A stretch of DNA of 64,000 bases from Candidatus Omnitrophota bacterium (GTDB taxonomy: Bacteria; Omnitrophota; Gorgyraeia; Gygaellales; Profunditerraquicolaceae). The stretch covers positions 18,677-82,676 of the forward strand of contig JAQTQQ010000001.1 of assembly GCA_028712175.1 (NCBI GenBank), written 5' to 3'. Within the stretch, counting starts at the first letter, position 1; every line of letters begins with the position of its first letter. Shown here in pieces: positions 17,836 to 28,780 of the stretch. Both the position numbers and the translations under genes were made by a program. The notes under the pieces were generated by a model. The model was given only the letters and a program-made list of their open reading frames with translations, was not told where the DNA came from and made no database searches.

Positions 17836-18291
17836 TTATCCGGTAAGTTTTCCCAAAAGGCCTAAGGAAAACGCCATGACAAACAACGCTACTGTTTCTA
17901 TAATCCCCAAAATAACGAGGTAGTTTCCAAAACCCCTGCCTGTTTCACCCATAGCATCGGCAGCGCAAGCACCCGCTTTGCCCTGCATCAGGGCAGAAAA
18001 GCCCATAGCTAAACCGCAGAACAAACCTACATCCCAGGCATAGACTCCTTTAGCTACCGCTTCAGCCATCTTGTTCATAAGAATCATCCCGTAAATAGTC
18101 TGAGTAAGCGGCGCACCGACAAAGACCAGAAGCATAAAGGATGCCGGCTTATTCTGAATAAAAGCTTTTTTCCATGCCCCTACTACTGCCATACCTGCTA
18201 TTCCCGCGCCAAGCCCAGAGCCTACAGCGGCTAAACCCAATGCCGCAGCTGCCCCTAAATCTTTAAACTGCACAATTAACCCTGCATCCAT
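17836..18291 (-). CDS. ntpK: V/A-type ATPase proteolipid subunit K (duplicated c-hairpin)
   Basis: 151 aa, Gly/Ala-rich, with four TM helices in two repeats carrying conserved GxGxGxA motifs. Confidence 0.8.
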   Translation of the reverse strand: MDAGLIVQFKDLGAAAALGLAAVGSGLGAGIAGMAVVGAWKKAFIQNKPASFMLLVFVGAPLTQTIYGMILMNKMAEAVAKGVYAWDVGLFCGLAMGFSALMQGKAGACAADAMGETGRGFGNYLVILGIIETVALFVMAFSLGLLGKLTG

Positions 18292-18314
18292 ATAGCAACT
18301 CCTTTTTTTAAATG

Positions 18315-20084
18315 TTACTTCTCGGTAAGCGGTTTGTAACTAAAGCCGCTCCATTTTATATCAAGATGGCTGCAAAACTCAAGCACATTTAACCTAACCC
18401 CGTGGACAAGAATAGATAGCGGACCAAGTATTATATTCAGTGTGTGCCCGACTAAAAGTATAAGAGAAGTTAGCAAGCCAGCTGTAAAATTAGCAAAACC
18501 AATATCCATCGCCATCTTATTAAAAGCATCCGCCACAGCCAAAGTTGCAAGGCCGACGGCAAAAAGGCGTATATAAGAAACTACGTCGGTAAAATTATTC
18601 ATAATGTTAAGCGCCAAAGCACCTAAGCCGCTAGCGAAACCCTTAAGGATATTTTTTTGAGGGCAGGTGAAAAAAACAACTAAGGTTGACCCGGCAATAA
18701 TCAGATACGGATAAAATACCGGCAAGGTATCTCCTAAGATAAGAAGCTTGGCTATAAAAAACGTAAACCACAATATGCATATCCAGCCAATGTCTGCTAA
18801 AAAAGACAGCGCGGGAAACTTCAATAAAGCCCTCCAGATGTGGGCGATACTTAAATGCAAAGCCCCTAAAAAGAAACAGAAGTTCTGTATGTTTTTATCG
18901 CTGCGCAAAGCAGGCAAAACCGGTTTTACCCAAGCAGGCAGCCATTCCTGGCCAAAGAAACTGGCGGTCAAAATTCCCCAAATTATAGCGCAGCTGCTTA
19001 AAATATACAAAAGGACAAAAGCTGACTTATCGCTTATGCCTTTGCCCCATTTTTTATGTATAATCAGGGTAAGTAAAAAGTATACGGCGCCATATCCTGC
19101 ATCTCCGATCAAAATACCGAAAAATATTGAAAAAAAGATAAGGAACCAGAGGCTTATATCGAGCTCCCTATACCCGGGAATAACTTCAATTATTTTAAAT
19201 ACCGGATTAATTATGCCCAGCCATTTTGGGTTACGCACTAATGTAGGCACATTATCGCTTTCCAATGGTTCGGTTATCAATAATCCCCAGCCCTGCGCCT
19301 TTGCTGCTTCTTTAATAGAATTTTCGGAATCAAAGGGAATGTAGCCTTTAATATATAAAAGACCCTCTTGTTGTTGGGCCATTCCTGAAAGCGCCTCGTA
19401 AAATTCAACTTCTTTCATCATCTGCGCGCGGGTATCTTTTAAATAATATAGATATACAAACTCTCTTAACAACTCTTCTTTTATTAAGCCTGCGATTTTC
19501 TTGTCCTCAATAAGCCTCCTTTGCATCATGCTTAAAGAAATCTTCGGCATTTCTGTCTCTTTAAACGGAAGATTAAAATTTTTATCTGCTATAATAGCAC
19601 AATTGTAAATATTCCCCTGTCTGCTTATTTTCTTCAGGTAAATATCTTTAGGCAGGCTTTTTATCTGTTCGTCAGAAAGTTTATATAAACGAATATAAAT
19701 ACCTTTTAGGCTGAGCCGGGCGGCCTCCTGAGGATCAAAATCACCCCACCCAACGTATCTATCAATACCTGAGGAAAGAGTTACCGAATACTCCTTGAGC
19801 TGCTGAAAACGTTTATTTAAATCAATGATATGTTGCGCCAATGGGCGCCAGGCTGGCATGCGTTTGGCCTGCGGGCGAGATACGGAATTCTTTCCTTCAG
19901 ACTCTAACAAAGCAATTGCCTGATTAAGCAAGAAAAGGTCGTTATGCAAAACAGCGAGCTTATCCCCTTTAGGCGGAATTACATGCTCTACATGCAAAAC
20001 CCCGAGCTTACGGACTCCCTTGAGCAAAAACTCGGCGTCCTTTCCTTGCACGACCAGGAAAATTTTTTTCATCGCTACAATCAT
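18315..20084 (-). CDS. ntpI: V/A-type ATPase subunit I (a-subunit)
   Basis: 589 aa with a soluble N-terminal half and a C-terminal polytopic membrane half ending ...LSILVHGVRLNVLEF. Confidence 0.85.
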   Translation of the reverse strand: MIVAMKKIFLVVQGKDAEFLLKGVRKLGVLHVEHVIPPKGDKLAVLHNDLFLLNQAIALLESEGKNSVSRPQAKRMPAWRPLAQHIIDLNKRFQQLKEYSVTLSSGIDRYVGWGDFDPQEAARLSLKGIYIRLYKLSDEQIKSLPKDIYLKKISRQGNIYNCAIIADKNFNLPFKETEMPKISLSMMQRRLIEDKKIAGLIKEELLREFVYLYYLKDTRAQMMKEVEFYEALSGMAQQQEGLLYIKGYIPFDSENSIKEAAKAQGWGLLITEPLESDNVPTLVRNPKWLGIINPVFKIIEVIPGYRELDISLWFLIFFSIFFGILIGDAGYGAVYFLLTLIIHKKWGKGISDKSAFVLLYILSSCAIIWGILTASFFGQEWLPAWVKPVLPALRSDKNIQNFCFFLGALHLSIAHIWRALLKFPALSFLADIGWICILWFTFFIAKLLILGDTLPVFYPYLIIAGSTLVVFFTCPQKNILKGFASGLGALALNIMNNFTDVVSYIRLFAVGLATLAVADAFNKMAMDIGFANFTAGLLTSLILLVGHTLNIILGPLSILVHGVRLNVLEFCSHLDIKWSGFSYKPLTEK

Positions 20085-20698
20085 ACGAGAGCTTCCTCAA
20101 AATATAACTCTTCTATTTTTCTTTTTGCAATCTTGCTGCGCCCTACGGCGTTAGCCATCTGATCCCCAATATAGATCTTAATCAGGCGGATATTCTCTTC
20201 TGCTTCCGGGATCTTTATTTTTTCAAAAAGATTGACCCTTTGTGTAGTAATACGCAGTTCATGCCGCAGGGCCAAAACGGCTTCTTCGGCCACTAAAATT
20301 GCTTTATTCAAAATAATGGCCTCTTTAAAGGCTTCGATTGCTAAATCCAGCCACAGCGGAGTAGTAAACAAATCGTAGGCTTTTTCTTCAAACTCCACTG
20401 TATCAAACACGGGGATATCGCAGCCGGCGATATTTTTAATGTGGCTAATTATTGTTTTTATCTTTAAAAATAACTTGATGTCGACTTGCGGGTCAGTAAG
20501 CAAACCTATCCAAAGGTTAATTGCCTGTCGTTTTTTAGCTAACACTTGTTGTTTTTCTTTGAGCGCCGAATTTTGCTGCAGGATCTCAAGCTGTAACTGC
20601 TGTTTCTTTAGCTGCAGAGTCGGGAGATAGCGCTTATACTGCTTTAACGCGTCACGTTGCCTTTTTAATTCTCCTTTGGTAAGTTTTATCTTTGCCAT
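20081..20698 (-). CDS. ntpD: V/A-type ATPase subunit D
   Basis: It starts LTKGELKRQRDALK, a long coiled-coil central stalk. Confidence 0.8.
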   Translation of the reverse strand: MAKIKLTKGELKRQRDALKQYKRYLPTLQLKKQQLQLEILQQNSALKEKQQVLAKKRQAINLWIGLLTDPQVDIKLFLKIKTIISHIKNIAGCDIPVFDTVEFEEKAYDLFTTPLWLDLAIEAFKEAIILNKAILVAEEAVLALRHELRITTQRVNLFEKIKIPEAEENIRLIKIYIGDQMANAVGRSKIAKRKIEELYFEEALV

Positions 20699-22041
20699 TA
20701 TTGCTTAGGCCCGCCCCGTTGCATCTCTGGATCTTTGCTTGCGGAGATGCAACGGGGCCAGAAGTTCTGGATCACCGAAAGCTTTATTCCGGTTTCTTCG
20801 GGAGTAAAACAATCCGCCAAAATCTGCCAGCATAAATCCAAGGCCTCCGTAAGCGGGATATTCACCTTAAGGGACATCAGGTCCTTTTCAAAAAGAACTC
20901 CATATTTAAGTAATTTTTTGTCCCATTGGCTCATTTGGAACCCCATTGATTGTTTCTCGACGGTCTCCCGGTAATTGGCAAAAAGCTGGATCATTGTATC
21001 CATAATTGTACGGTGGTCAGGGCGGGTTTTTCCATTTACTTGCTGTTTTAGGCGGCTTAAAGAACCGAAAGGCTCAATAACACCGTTTTTTAAATAAAAC
21101 TGGCCCTCGGTAATATAGCCGGTGTTATCCGGCACAGGATGGGTCACATCGTCTCCGGGCATAGTCGTAGCCGACAGAATAGTAACCGAGCCTGCTCCTT
21201 CAAAATCAACCGCCTTCTCATAGCGGGCGGCAAGCTGGCTATAAAGATCCCCCGGATACCCGCGGTTAGACGGTACCTGCTCCATAGTAATAGCGATTTC
21301 TTTTAATGAATCGGCAAAATTGGTCATGTCAGTTAGCAGGCAAAGCACCCGCTTGCCTTTTAACGCAAAATCTTCTGCCACCGCTAAGCTTATATCCGGA
21401 ACAAGCAGGCATTCTACGGTAGGGTCGCTTGCAGTGTGTATAAAAAATATGCAGCGCGAAAGCGCGCCATGCGCGTTTAATGTTTCGCGAAAAAAAAGAT
21501 AATCATCGTGTTTAAGCCCCATGCCTCCTAAAATTATAATGTCTACTTCCGCCTGAACGGCAATACGCGCAAGAAGCTCATTATAAGGCTCGCCGGCAAT
21601 TGAAAAAATAGGGAGTTTTTGCGATTCCACCAAAGAATTAAAAACATCGATCATCGGAATCCCTGTGCGGATCATCTTATTAGGGATAATTCTTTTAACC
21701 GGATTAACGGAAGGGGCGCCGATAGCCGTCAGGTTTTCAGAAAGAAGCGGGCCCTTGTCTAAAGGAAGGCCGCTACCGTTAAATATGCGGCCCAGTAAAT
21801 TGTCGCCGGTAGAGATACGCATTGGATAACCAAAAAACCTTACCTTATCACCCGTTGATATGCCGCGGCTTCCTGCGAAAACCTGTAGCGAAACCCTCTT
21901 AGAGTCAATCCGGATAACCTGCGCTAAAGATGTCCCCCGGGCGCCTGTAATCTGAGCAATATCCAAATAGCCCACACCTTGGGCTTCTACAATGATGACA
22001 TCGCCGGCTATCTGAATAATATTAGTATAAGCTTTTTGCAT
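20698..22041 (-). CDS. ntpB: V/A-type ATPase subunit B
   Basis: 447 aa with a non-catalytic nucleotide-binding fold ([25 protein letters not shown]). Confidence 0.9.
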   Translation of the reverse strand: MQKAYTNIIQIAGDVIIVEAQGVGYLDIAQITGARGTSLAQVIRIDSKRVSLQVFAGSRGISTGDKVRFFGYPMRISTGDNLLGRIFNGSGLPLDKGPLLSENLTAIGAPSVNPVKRIIPNKMIRTGIPMIDVFNSLVESQKLPIFSIAGEPYNELLARIAVQAEVDIIILGGMGLKHDDYLFFRETLNAHGALSRCIFFIHTASDPTVECLLVPDISLAVAEDFALKGKRVLCLLTDMTNFADSLKEIAITMEQVPSNRGYPGDLYSQLAARYEKAVDFEGAGSVTILSATTMPGDDVTHPVPDNTGYITEGQFYLKNGVIEPFGSLSRLKQQVNGKTRPDHRTIMDTMIQLFANYRETVEKQSMGFQMSQWDKKLLKYGVLFEKDLMSLKVNIPLTEALDLCWQILADCFTPEETGIKLSVIQNFWPRCISASKDPEMQRGGPKQ

Positions 22042-23783
22042 TATTTTCCCTTCTTGGCCTTTTTATCTTCCAAAAGCACCGCTATCTGCTCTTCAATTTT
22101 TTTAAATTCCGGGCTTAAATATGCGGCAGAGCTCCAGGTGCGCATCAGTTGGCGTAAAGCTTGAAAGAATTTCAAGGCTGCTGCCTTATCTTCTAATTGA
22201 TATTCCGAATCTAATATGCCGCAAATAAATTGCAATAAATAAACCTGGCGATCTTTTGGCGTAGCTTCGTCTACCGGGTCAAAGGCATTTTGCTGCAGAT
22301 AAACAAAATCAAATAATTCACCTTTTAAATACTGGATATAATCATTTAATGAGGTGCCTTCTTCACCGACAACTTTCATCATCTGCGCAATTTCATGGCT
22401 GCGGCGCAGGATAGCAACCCCTTTTTCCTGATTTTCGGGGTTAACAAAACTCTTATATTTGCTCCAGCTGATCAAAGGGTCTATTGCCGGGTATTTTCTG
22501 GCATCTGAACGTTCACGGGAAAGCCCGTGAAAAGCACCGACTACTTTCAATGTCGCCTGAGTTACGGGTTCTTCAAAATTTCCACCGGCAGGGCTGACTG
22601 TACCGCCTATGGTCACCGAGCCAAAAGCTCCCCCATAAAGTTTAACCACCCCGGCCCGTTCATAAAAAGAGGCAATGCGTGATTCAAGATATGCGGGAAA
22701 AGCTTCCTCCCCCGGAATCTCTTCCAAGCGGCCGCTCATCTCGCGCATCGCCTGCGCCCATCGCGAAGTAGAATCGGCCAGTAACAAAACATTCAAACCC
22801 ATCTGGCGGTAATATTCTGCGATGGTTACCGCGGTATAAACGCTTGATTCACGGGCGGCTACCGGCATTGAGCTTGTATTACAGATAATTACCGTGCGGT
22901 CCATAAGCGGTTTATGCGTACGCGGATCGCTTAGTTCGGGGAATGTTTTTAAGGTCTCCACGACTTCCCCGGCGCGCTCTCCGCAGGCAGCGATAATTAC
23001 AATATCCACTTCCGCATAACGGCTGGTTAATTGTTGTAAAACAGTTTTACCCGCGCCGAATGGCCCGGGAATACAATATGTCCCTCCGAGTGAAACCGGA
23101 AAAAGTGAATCAATGAGGCGTATTTTTGTAACCATCGGTTCCTGCGGCCTTAATTTCTCGGCATAGGCTCTAATTGGTATTTTTACCGGCCAGACCTGCT
23201 GTAAAAAAACATCGTGCGTGCGGCCTGCGGAATCCTTAAGTTTTGCGATAGGCTGTTTTAAATTATACCTTCCGGCAGGCGCAATGCTTAGAACTTCAAG
23301 GCTGCCGTAAAGGGAAAAAGGCGCCATAATGTAATGCTTAAAGATTTTTTCCGGCACGAAACCCAGCCAGCTGCCCGCCAATACTTTGTCATTCGGCTTG
23401 GCCAAAGGCGTAAAATCCCATTGCGTTTCATCAGCTAAGGCCTCCAGGTAAACCCCCCGCTTAAGAAAAAATCCGCATTTTTCGGCTAAAGCAGGAAGAG
23501 GATTCTCCAGCCCATCAAAAATCTGGCCCAATAGCCCGGGGCCAAGCTCTACAGAAAGAAGTTCATTGCTAAATTCCACAAGGTCACCGGCTTTTAAACC
23601 CTGCGTGCTTTCATAAACCTGCATCTCTGCACGATTAGCCCGCACACGGATAACTTCGGCTTTAAGCCGCTCTTCTTTATGGATAATATAAGCAACTTCA
23701 TTTTGAATAATAAATCCGTCAACTTGGGCAGTAACCATATTAGCATTAACATTAATTACCCGCCCGGTTCTCTCGTTTTTCAT
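22041..23783 (-). CDS. ntpA: V/A-type ATPase catalytic subunit A
   Basis: 580 aa with a [10 protein letters not shown]-loop and the non-homologous insert typical of A subunits. Confidence 0.9.
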   Translation of the reverse strand: MKNERTGRVINVNANMVTAQVDGFIIQNEVAYIIHKEERLKAEVIRVRANRAEMQVYESTQGLKAGDLVEFSNELLSVELGPGLLGQIFDGLENPLPALAEKCGFFLKRGVYLEALADETQWDFTPLAKPNDKVLAGSWLGFVPEKIFKHYIMAPFSLYGSLEVLSIAPAGRYNLKQPIAKLKDSAGRTHDVFLQQVWPVKIPIRAYAEKLRPQEPMVTKIRLIDSLFPVSLGGTYCIPGPFGAGKTVLQQLTSRYAEVDIVIIAACGERAGEVVETLKTFPELSDPRTHKPLMDRTVIICNTSSMPVAARESSVYTAVTIAEYYRQMGLNVLLLADSTSRWAQAMREMSGRLEEIPGEEAFPAYLESRIASFYERAGVVKLYGGAFGSVTIGGTVSPAGGNFEEPVTQATLKVVGAFHGLSRERSDARKYPAIDPLISWSKYKSFVNPENQEKGVAILRRSHEIAQMMKVVGEEGTSLNDYIQYLKGELFDFVYLQQNAFDPVDEATPKDRQVYLLQFICGILDSEYQLEDKAAALKFFQALRQLMRTWSSAAYLSPEFKKIEEQIAVLLEDKKAKKGK

Positions 23784-23785
23784 AA

Positions 23786-24316
23786 TTAATTTCGTACCGT
23801 TGCGTTAAACAAACTTTCCTTATCCGCTGATTGAATTTTGTCCCAACGTTCCATGATTTTAAGCTTTAAAGCATAAACCAATAAAGAATCAAAGTCAAAA
23901 TAATGGCTGGTATTTAAAGACTCCAGAAAATTCCATCTCTCTAGGTCCAAAATCTTTTCTGCGTCCAGCACTGATGTGCTTCGATAAGCAGACATTGCCA
24001 CATGGCTAATATGCGCATCTGGCCAATCCGGAAGGCGAACAAACGCTAAGGGGTCAATTTTCTTTCTATGCGCCCTTGCACGGATCAATTCATTTCTCAG
24101 GGCTATCTCAAAATTAGCCCATTTGCCTAAAGTGTGACCTGAAGCGGCTTGCAATAAATGGGGTTCCCGTTGACAAGCAGCACGCAAAAGATCAATCTTT
24201 TCTTCCGGGACCAAGCCCTTACATTTAGCAAAGAAATCCTCTAAGCTAAATGGCAGCTTAGAGGAAAAGCTAAGCATCGGAAGGCTGGAAATAAAATATG
24301 TATAATAAGCGCCCAT
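23786..24316 (-). CDS. Uncharacterised protein conserved between V-ATPase E and A genes (as in Chlamydia, Treponema and Borrelia operons)
   Basis: The position in the operon is the main evidence. The sequence has no recognisable motif. Confidence 0.4.
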   Translation of the reverse strand: MGAYYTYFISSLPMLSFSSKLPFSLEDFFAKCKGLVPEEKIDLLRAACQREPHLLQAASGHTLGKWANFEIALRNELIRARAHRKKIDPLAFVRLPDWPDAHISHVAMSAYRSTSVLDAEKILDLERWNFLESLNTSHYFDFDSLLVYALKLKIMERWDKIQSADKESLFNATVRN

Positions 24317-24919
24317 TTATTCGGATTTTATGATTTTGGCTAATTCAGGCCTTAGGGTTTCGGATATATATTCGGCCAAGGCATCGGCGCTGAAATCAAA
24401 AATTGATTTTCCGGCATCAAAGCTGATTATAAACCCGCTGTCAATGCTATCGGCAGATTTCAAGGTGATTTGCTTTTGTGTTTCCTTCACCAGCTGCTTT
24501 AAAAACCCTTGTTCTAATTTTTCCTTATCCTCCTGGTTTAAAGAGACTGTGATCTCCGAGCCTAAAGAAAGCGGCGCATTTTTAATCAAAGAACCAAGGA
24601 TTAACGCTAATTCTTCAGCGGTTAAGGCCCGGTGGATATCGGCTCTAATTAGTTTATCCAACACGGAATTAATTTCTTTTCTTAAAGTAATTAACAAATC
24701 CCGGCCTGCCTGCCTTAAAGAAGCTTGAGTAGACTCCTTAATCCTCTTTGCTTCGATATCGGCCTGCTTGATAACTTTATCCGCCTCTATTTTTGCATCT
24801 CCAATAATCTTTTGAGCAACCGTATCTGCTTCGGCTATTATTTGTGCGGATTTTTCCTCGGCTGCCGCAATGCCTTCGGTTTGAATCTTTGCGATTAACT
24901 CTTTAATTTCCTCTGCCAT
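24317..24919 (-). CDS. ntpE: V/A-type ATPase subunit E (peripheral stalk)
   Basis: 200 aa with an N-terminal Ala/Glu/Lys-rich long helix (AEEIKELIAKIQTEGIAAAEE...) and a globular C-terminus. Confidence 0.75.
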   Translation of the reverse strand: MAEEIKELIAKIQTEGIAAAEEKSAQIIAEADTVAQKIIGDAKIEADKVIKQADIEAKRIKESTQASLRQAGRDLLITLRKEINSVLDKLIRADIHRALTAEELALILGSLIKNAPLSLGSEITVSLNQEDKEKLEQGFLKQLVKETQKQITLKSADSIDSGFIISFDAGKSIFDFSADALAEYISETLRPELAKIIKSE

Positions 24920-25598
24920 ATATTTCTCCTAAAAGTGCTTCTGTTTTTGCAATGGGATCATCCGCCTTTAAAATAGGGCGGCCGATAACTAAGAAATTGC
25001 TTCCTGCTTTTTGCGCCTGGGCAACCGTAGCTACCCTTTTTTGGTCATCCCCAGCGGAATTATTTTCCCTGATGCCGGGAGTAACAATTATAAAATTCTT
25101 TTTTATTTGAGAGCGCAAAATCTCCGCTTCATGCACAGAGCAAACTACTCCGTCTAACCCATAATCCAGCCCATGTTGTGCCATACCTAAAACTTCATCT
25201 TTATCTGCCTGGATGCTCGTTAAAACCGTAACCCCGAGTAATAACGGAGGTATTGAGCTTAAAACCTCTGCTTGATACGCCGCAGCCTTAACCGCAGCCT
25301 CAATCATTTCCTTGCCGCCTGAGATATGCAAAGTAAGCATTTTTACCCCAAGACGCGTTGCCGCCTCTATTGCCTTGGCAACGGTATTAGGGATATCAAA
25401 ATATTTAAGGTCTAAGAAAACTTCGGCGCCGTGTTTATGCAGCATCTCGATAACTTTAGGCCCATAAGCGGTAAAAAGATGGCTTCCTACCTTAAAAATC
25501 TTGATTTTAGGATAAAGCTTATCCGCAAAATCCCTTGCTTCCTCTATAGTGTCCACATCTAAGGCAAGTATAATTTCCGGCCTACTTAATCCTTGCAT
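24903..25598 (-). CDS. pyrF: Orotidine-5'-phosphate decarboxylase
   Basis: IILALDV, DLKYFDIPNT, VTPGIR. Confidence 0.85.
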   Translation of the reverse strand: MQGLSRPEIILALDVDTIEEARDFADKLYPKIKIFKVGSHLFTAYGPKVIEMLHKHGAEVFLDLKYFDIPNTVAKAIEAATRLGVKMLTLHISGGKEMIEAAVKAAAYQAEVLSSIPPLLLGVTVLTSIQADKDEVLGMAQHGLDYGLDGVVCSVHEAEILRSQIKKNFIIVTPGIRENNSAGDDQKRVATVAQAQKAGSNFLVIGRPILKADDPIAKTEALLGEIYGRGN

Positions 25599-26521
25599 GT
25601 TTTTAATCTTCCTGTTATCCCGCTTAAGCTTGAGATCTTATTATCAATCATATATTGCATTAATCCGGCAAGGATCTCCACGCTGGCTTGGGGATTGATA
25701 AAATTAGCCGTGCCTACGCTAATCAGCCTTGAACCGGCAAGAAAAAACTCTAACGCGCTTTCTGTATCTATTATACCACCCATGCCAATAATAGGAATTC
25801 TAATTTTCCTATAGGTTTCCCAAACCATTTTAATTGCTACAGGCCTGATTGCCGGGCCGCTTAAACCGCCCGCCCACGGGCCTAATTTAGGAGTGCGCTT
25901 ATTTACGTCTATACACATCCCGCCCAGAGTATTAATCAAGGCCACCGCATCGCTGCCTGCATTTTGCGCAGCTAAAGCAATATCAGAAATACTGGTTACG
26001 TTCGGAGACAATTTTGTAATCAAACATTTTTGCGTAAGCTTACGTACGCGGCTGACTAGCGCAAATGTATCTTGGGCGTCCTGAGAAATTAACTTATCCT
26101 TTAAAAGATTCGGGCATGATATATTTAATTCAATAGCGTATACCGCATCGGCCTTATCCAGTTTTGTAACCAGGATATCGAATTCTTGTGGGGAATCCTC
26201 AGCGGCAATACTAACAATAATAGGCACGTGTAATTTTCCCAAAGGCAAGAGCTTCTCTTTAATAAACTTATCGATTCCGGGATTTTCTAGGCCGATAGAA
26301 TTAAGCATCCCGCTTGGCGTTTCACAAGTGCGAGGCGGCACATTCCCCGGGCGGGGCTTAAGCGTAATGGTCTTAGTAACAATAGCGCCCAGCTTTTTTA
26401 GGTCAATAAAATCTTTAAACTCCTCAGCATATCCGAATGTGCCGCTAGCTACCATTACCGGGTTCTTAAAAACCAGCTTGCCTATTCTAACGCTTAAATC
26501 TGGTTTCATTTTCTTTACCAT
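25586..26521 (-). CDS. pyrD: Dihydroorotate dehydrogenase catalytic subunit (class 1B)
   Basis: NPVMVASGTFG, NISCPN, SDAVALINTLGG, IIGMGGI. Confidence 0.85.
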   Translation of the reverse strand: MVKKMKPDLSVRIGKLVFKNPVMVASGTFGYAEEFKDFIDLKKLGAIVTKTITLKPRPGNVPPRTCETPSGMLNSIGLENPGIDKFIKEKLLPLGKLHVPIIVSIAAEDSPQEFDILVTKLDKADAVYAIELNISCPNLLKDKLISQDAQDTFALVSRVRKLTQKCLITKLSPNVTSISDIALAAQNAGSDAVALINTLGGMCIDVNKRTPKLGPWAGGLSGPAIRPVAIKMVWETYRKIRIPIIGMGGIIDTESALEFFLAGSRLISVGTANFINPQASVEILAGLMQYMIDNKISSLSGITGRLKTCKD

Positions 26522-27294
26522 ATTAATTCCCTGCTTGAAAAAACAGGGCCATCTTTACATACCCTCTTATAGCCTGAGATTGTCTCAACAACGCACCCCA
26601 AACAGGCCCCGGTACCGCAAGCCATATGCCCTTCCAACGAAACCTGGGCGTTAATATTATGCTTAAGAGCAATTAAGCTTACGGCCCTTAACATCGGATG
26701 CGGACCGCAGGCGTATATTGTCGATAGTCGATAGTCGATAGTCGATGTTAGAATATTTTCTAACAAATCAGTAACTTTACCTGTAAATCCGAGTGAACCA
26801 TCATCGGTGGCTAATTGAAGAGTGCAGCCCAGAGACCTAAACTCATCAGCACAAAGAATCTGTTTTTTAGTCCGCGCCCCGATTAAAACCAAGGGTTTAT
26901 TTAATTTTTCTGCCAAATAAACTAACGGTGCAACCCCCATGCCGCCGGCAATAAAAATATTTTGCCCGGGTTGTGGCTTAACCGGCAACTGATAATTAAA
27001 ACCCTTGCCCAGCGGGCCGATAAGATCCAAAGTTTCCTGCGGTTTTCTTTCGGATAAAGCAAGAGTGCCTTTGCCGACGACTTCGTAAATAAGCTTAATC
27101 TTGGAGCCTTTTACCGCATGAATACTAATCGGCCTTCTTAATAACGGGTCTGTCCCTTGGTTAACCCTGATATTTACAAATTGGCCCGGGCGGGCGTATC
27201 TGGCAATCTGGCTTGAGGAGAATTCCAGATTCCAATAATTACCAGTAAGCCTTTTGTTAGAGATTATCCTTGCTTGTAACCGCGTTGTCTCCAT
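26515..27294 (-). CDS. pyrK: Dihydroorotate dehydrogenase electron-transfer subunit
   Basis: An FAD/NAD-binding ferredoxin-reductase fold with a C-terminal CGTGACLGC [2Fe-2S] motif. Confidence 0.85.
   Translation of the reverse strand: METTRLQARIISNKRLTGNYWNLEFSSSQIARYARPGQFVNIRVNQGTDPLLRRPISIHAVKGSKIKLIYEVVGKGTLALSERKPQETLDLIGPLGKGFNYQLPVKPQPGQNIFIAGGMGVAPLVYLAEKLNKPLVLIGARTKKQILCADEFRSLGCTLQLATDDGSLGFTGKVTDLLENILTSTIDYRLSTIYACGPHPMLRAVSLIALKHNINAQVSLEGHMACGTGACLGCVVETISGYKRVCKDGPVFSSRELIW
26720..26747. repeat. Heptanucleotide tandem repeat (GTCGATA)x3 plus GTCGATG inside the pyrK coding sequence
   Basis: The sequence reads ttgTCGATAGTCGATAGTCGATAGTCGATGtt. On the coding strand it encodes TSTIDYRLSTI in frame. 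Confidence 0.9.
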
Positions 27295-27976
27295 GCTTTT
27301 TCTCGGTACGCCTGCTCAATAAAATCACTAATATCATAAATAAAATAAAGGTTAACAATAACCATACAGACTGTTTGAGGTAACCCCTAAAACCCTCCCC
27401 CAGAATATCATCCCAAGACTCTACCAGCAAAACAAATAAAAGGAGCGTAATAATAGAACCGATTTCTTTTTTGAACCAGATTATTTTTATAGGCAAATAA
27501 CCGCTTATATCTAACTCCACTATACTTGATAATGATGGGAAAATGCGCGGGACTTTTCTGCAGTATTCTTTATATGTATCCGGAAATATTTTTAAGAGTT
27601 TTTTCTCTTCTTTATAGATAAGCAGCAAGTAACGAATAGTGAAGATTAAAATAAAAATTACCATCGCCCACCATTTAAAAACTGTCAACACCACCCCTAA
27701 GCCGATCAAAAATATCCCCAAATACATAGGATTACGCACAATTTGGTATGGCCCGCCCTCTATTAATGCCTGGCCTTGCACGGAATGTTCTGCCTTGTAT
27801 CCTCTGGCAGAAACCCGGATAATCTGGCCCAGCAGGATAAATGCAAAACCCAGCACCTCTACCCATCCTTCCCAATTTGCCTCCGGATGGCTGCGAAAGA
27901 AAAATCTGGGGGAAAAAGCAACAATGATGACAGCACAAAATATAATTATTCCGTTTATCTTCAGCCGTTTTTTCAT
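27257..27976 (-). CDS. Isoprenylcysteine-carboxyl / phospholipid methyltransferase family membrane protein
   Basis: GPYQIVRNPMYLG is the ICMT/PEMT signature, in a polytopic membrane protein. Confidence 0.65.
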   Translation of the reverse strand: MKKRLKINGIIIFCAVIIVAFSPRFFFRSHPEANWEGWVEVLGFAFILLGQIIRVSARGYKAEHSVQGQALIEGGPYQIVRNPMYLGIFLIGLGVVLTVFKWWAMVIFILIFTIRYLLLIYKEEKKLLKIFPDTYKEYCRKVPRIFPSLSSIVELDISGYLPIKIIWFKKEIGSIITLLLFVLLVESWDDILGEGFRGYLKQSVWLLLTFILFMILVILLSRRTEKKHGDNAVTSKDNL

Positions 27977-27979
27977 ATA

Positions 27980-28780
27980 TTAATTTTGGCACTTAGCGCA
28001 AAAATAGGTGCCTCTGCCTCCTTGGGTTATTCTTTTTATCGGTTCACCGCAGACAAAACATGGCTTATCCTTGCGGCCATAAACCCGATGAAACCGTGAG
28101 TAATCACCTTTTTTCCCGGAAACACGCACATAATCATCTACCGAAGAACCTCCATGGCTGATAGCGCGCGAAAGCACTCTGCTCATTTCCCTGAATAAAA
28201 CCCCTGCTTCTGACCCATTCAAGCTTTGCGCCTGCCGCTGGGGATCAATGTGCGCGCGGAATAAAATTTCAGCCGCATAAAGATTACCGATGCCGGAAAT
28301 AAAAGATTGATCCATAAGCAAAGGTTTAATTTTGGTTTTCTTCTTAGAGAGCATATCTTTAAAATCGGAAAAAGTCAAATCAAATGGTTCGGGTCCCAGG
28401 GCACAGACAAATTTTAATTTTTTCCAATCAGGGATTAAACGCAGTTCGCCGAATAAACGCTGATCATTAAAATCCAGGGTTTGGCCACCTTTAAAATTGA
28501 AAGCTACCCTGCTGGAGGAAGAGCCTCCCGGATAAACCAGCTGCCCAGTCATCTTAAGGTGTATTGTCAAGGCGTATCCGTTTGATAATTCAAAAATCAA
28601 CAGTTTTGCACGGCGCAAAATATTTCTTATGGTACTGCCCTCTATCAATTTTTTGAATAGCCGCGGAGCTGGCTGGCGGATAACTCTGGGGTTATGCATA
28701 CAAACATTAACAATTTTTTTACCCAAGACTGTTTTTTCTAAATCTCTTTTTATAGTCTCAACCTCTGGCAGCTCTGGCAT
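27980..28780 (-). CDS. mutM: Formamidopyrimidine-DNA glycosylase
   Basis: MPELPEVE N-terminus (Pro2/Glu3 catalytic) and a C-terminal CFVCGEPI...YFCAKCQ zinc finger. Confidence 0.85.
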   Translation of the reverse strand: MPELPEVETIKRDLEKTVLGKKIVNVCMHNPRVIRQPAPRLFKKLIEGSTIRNILRRAKLLIFELSNGYALTIHLKMTGQLVYPGGSSSSRVAFNFKGGQTLDFNDQRLFGELRLIPDWKKLKFVCALGPEPFDLTFSDFKDMLSKKKTKIKPLLMDQSFISGIGNLYAAEILFRAHIDPQRQAQSLNGSEAGVLFREMSRVLSRAISHGGSSVDDYVRVSGKKGDYSRFHRVYGRKDKPCFVCGEPIKRITQGGRGTYFCAKCQN

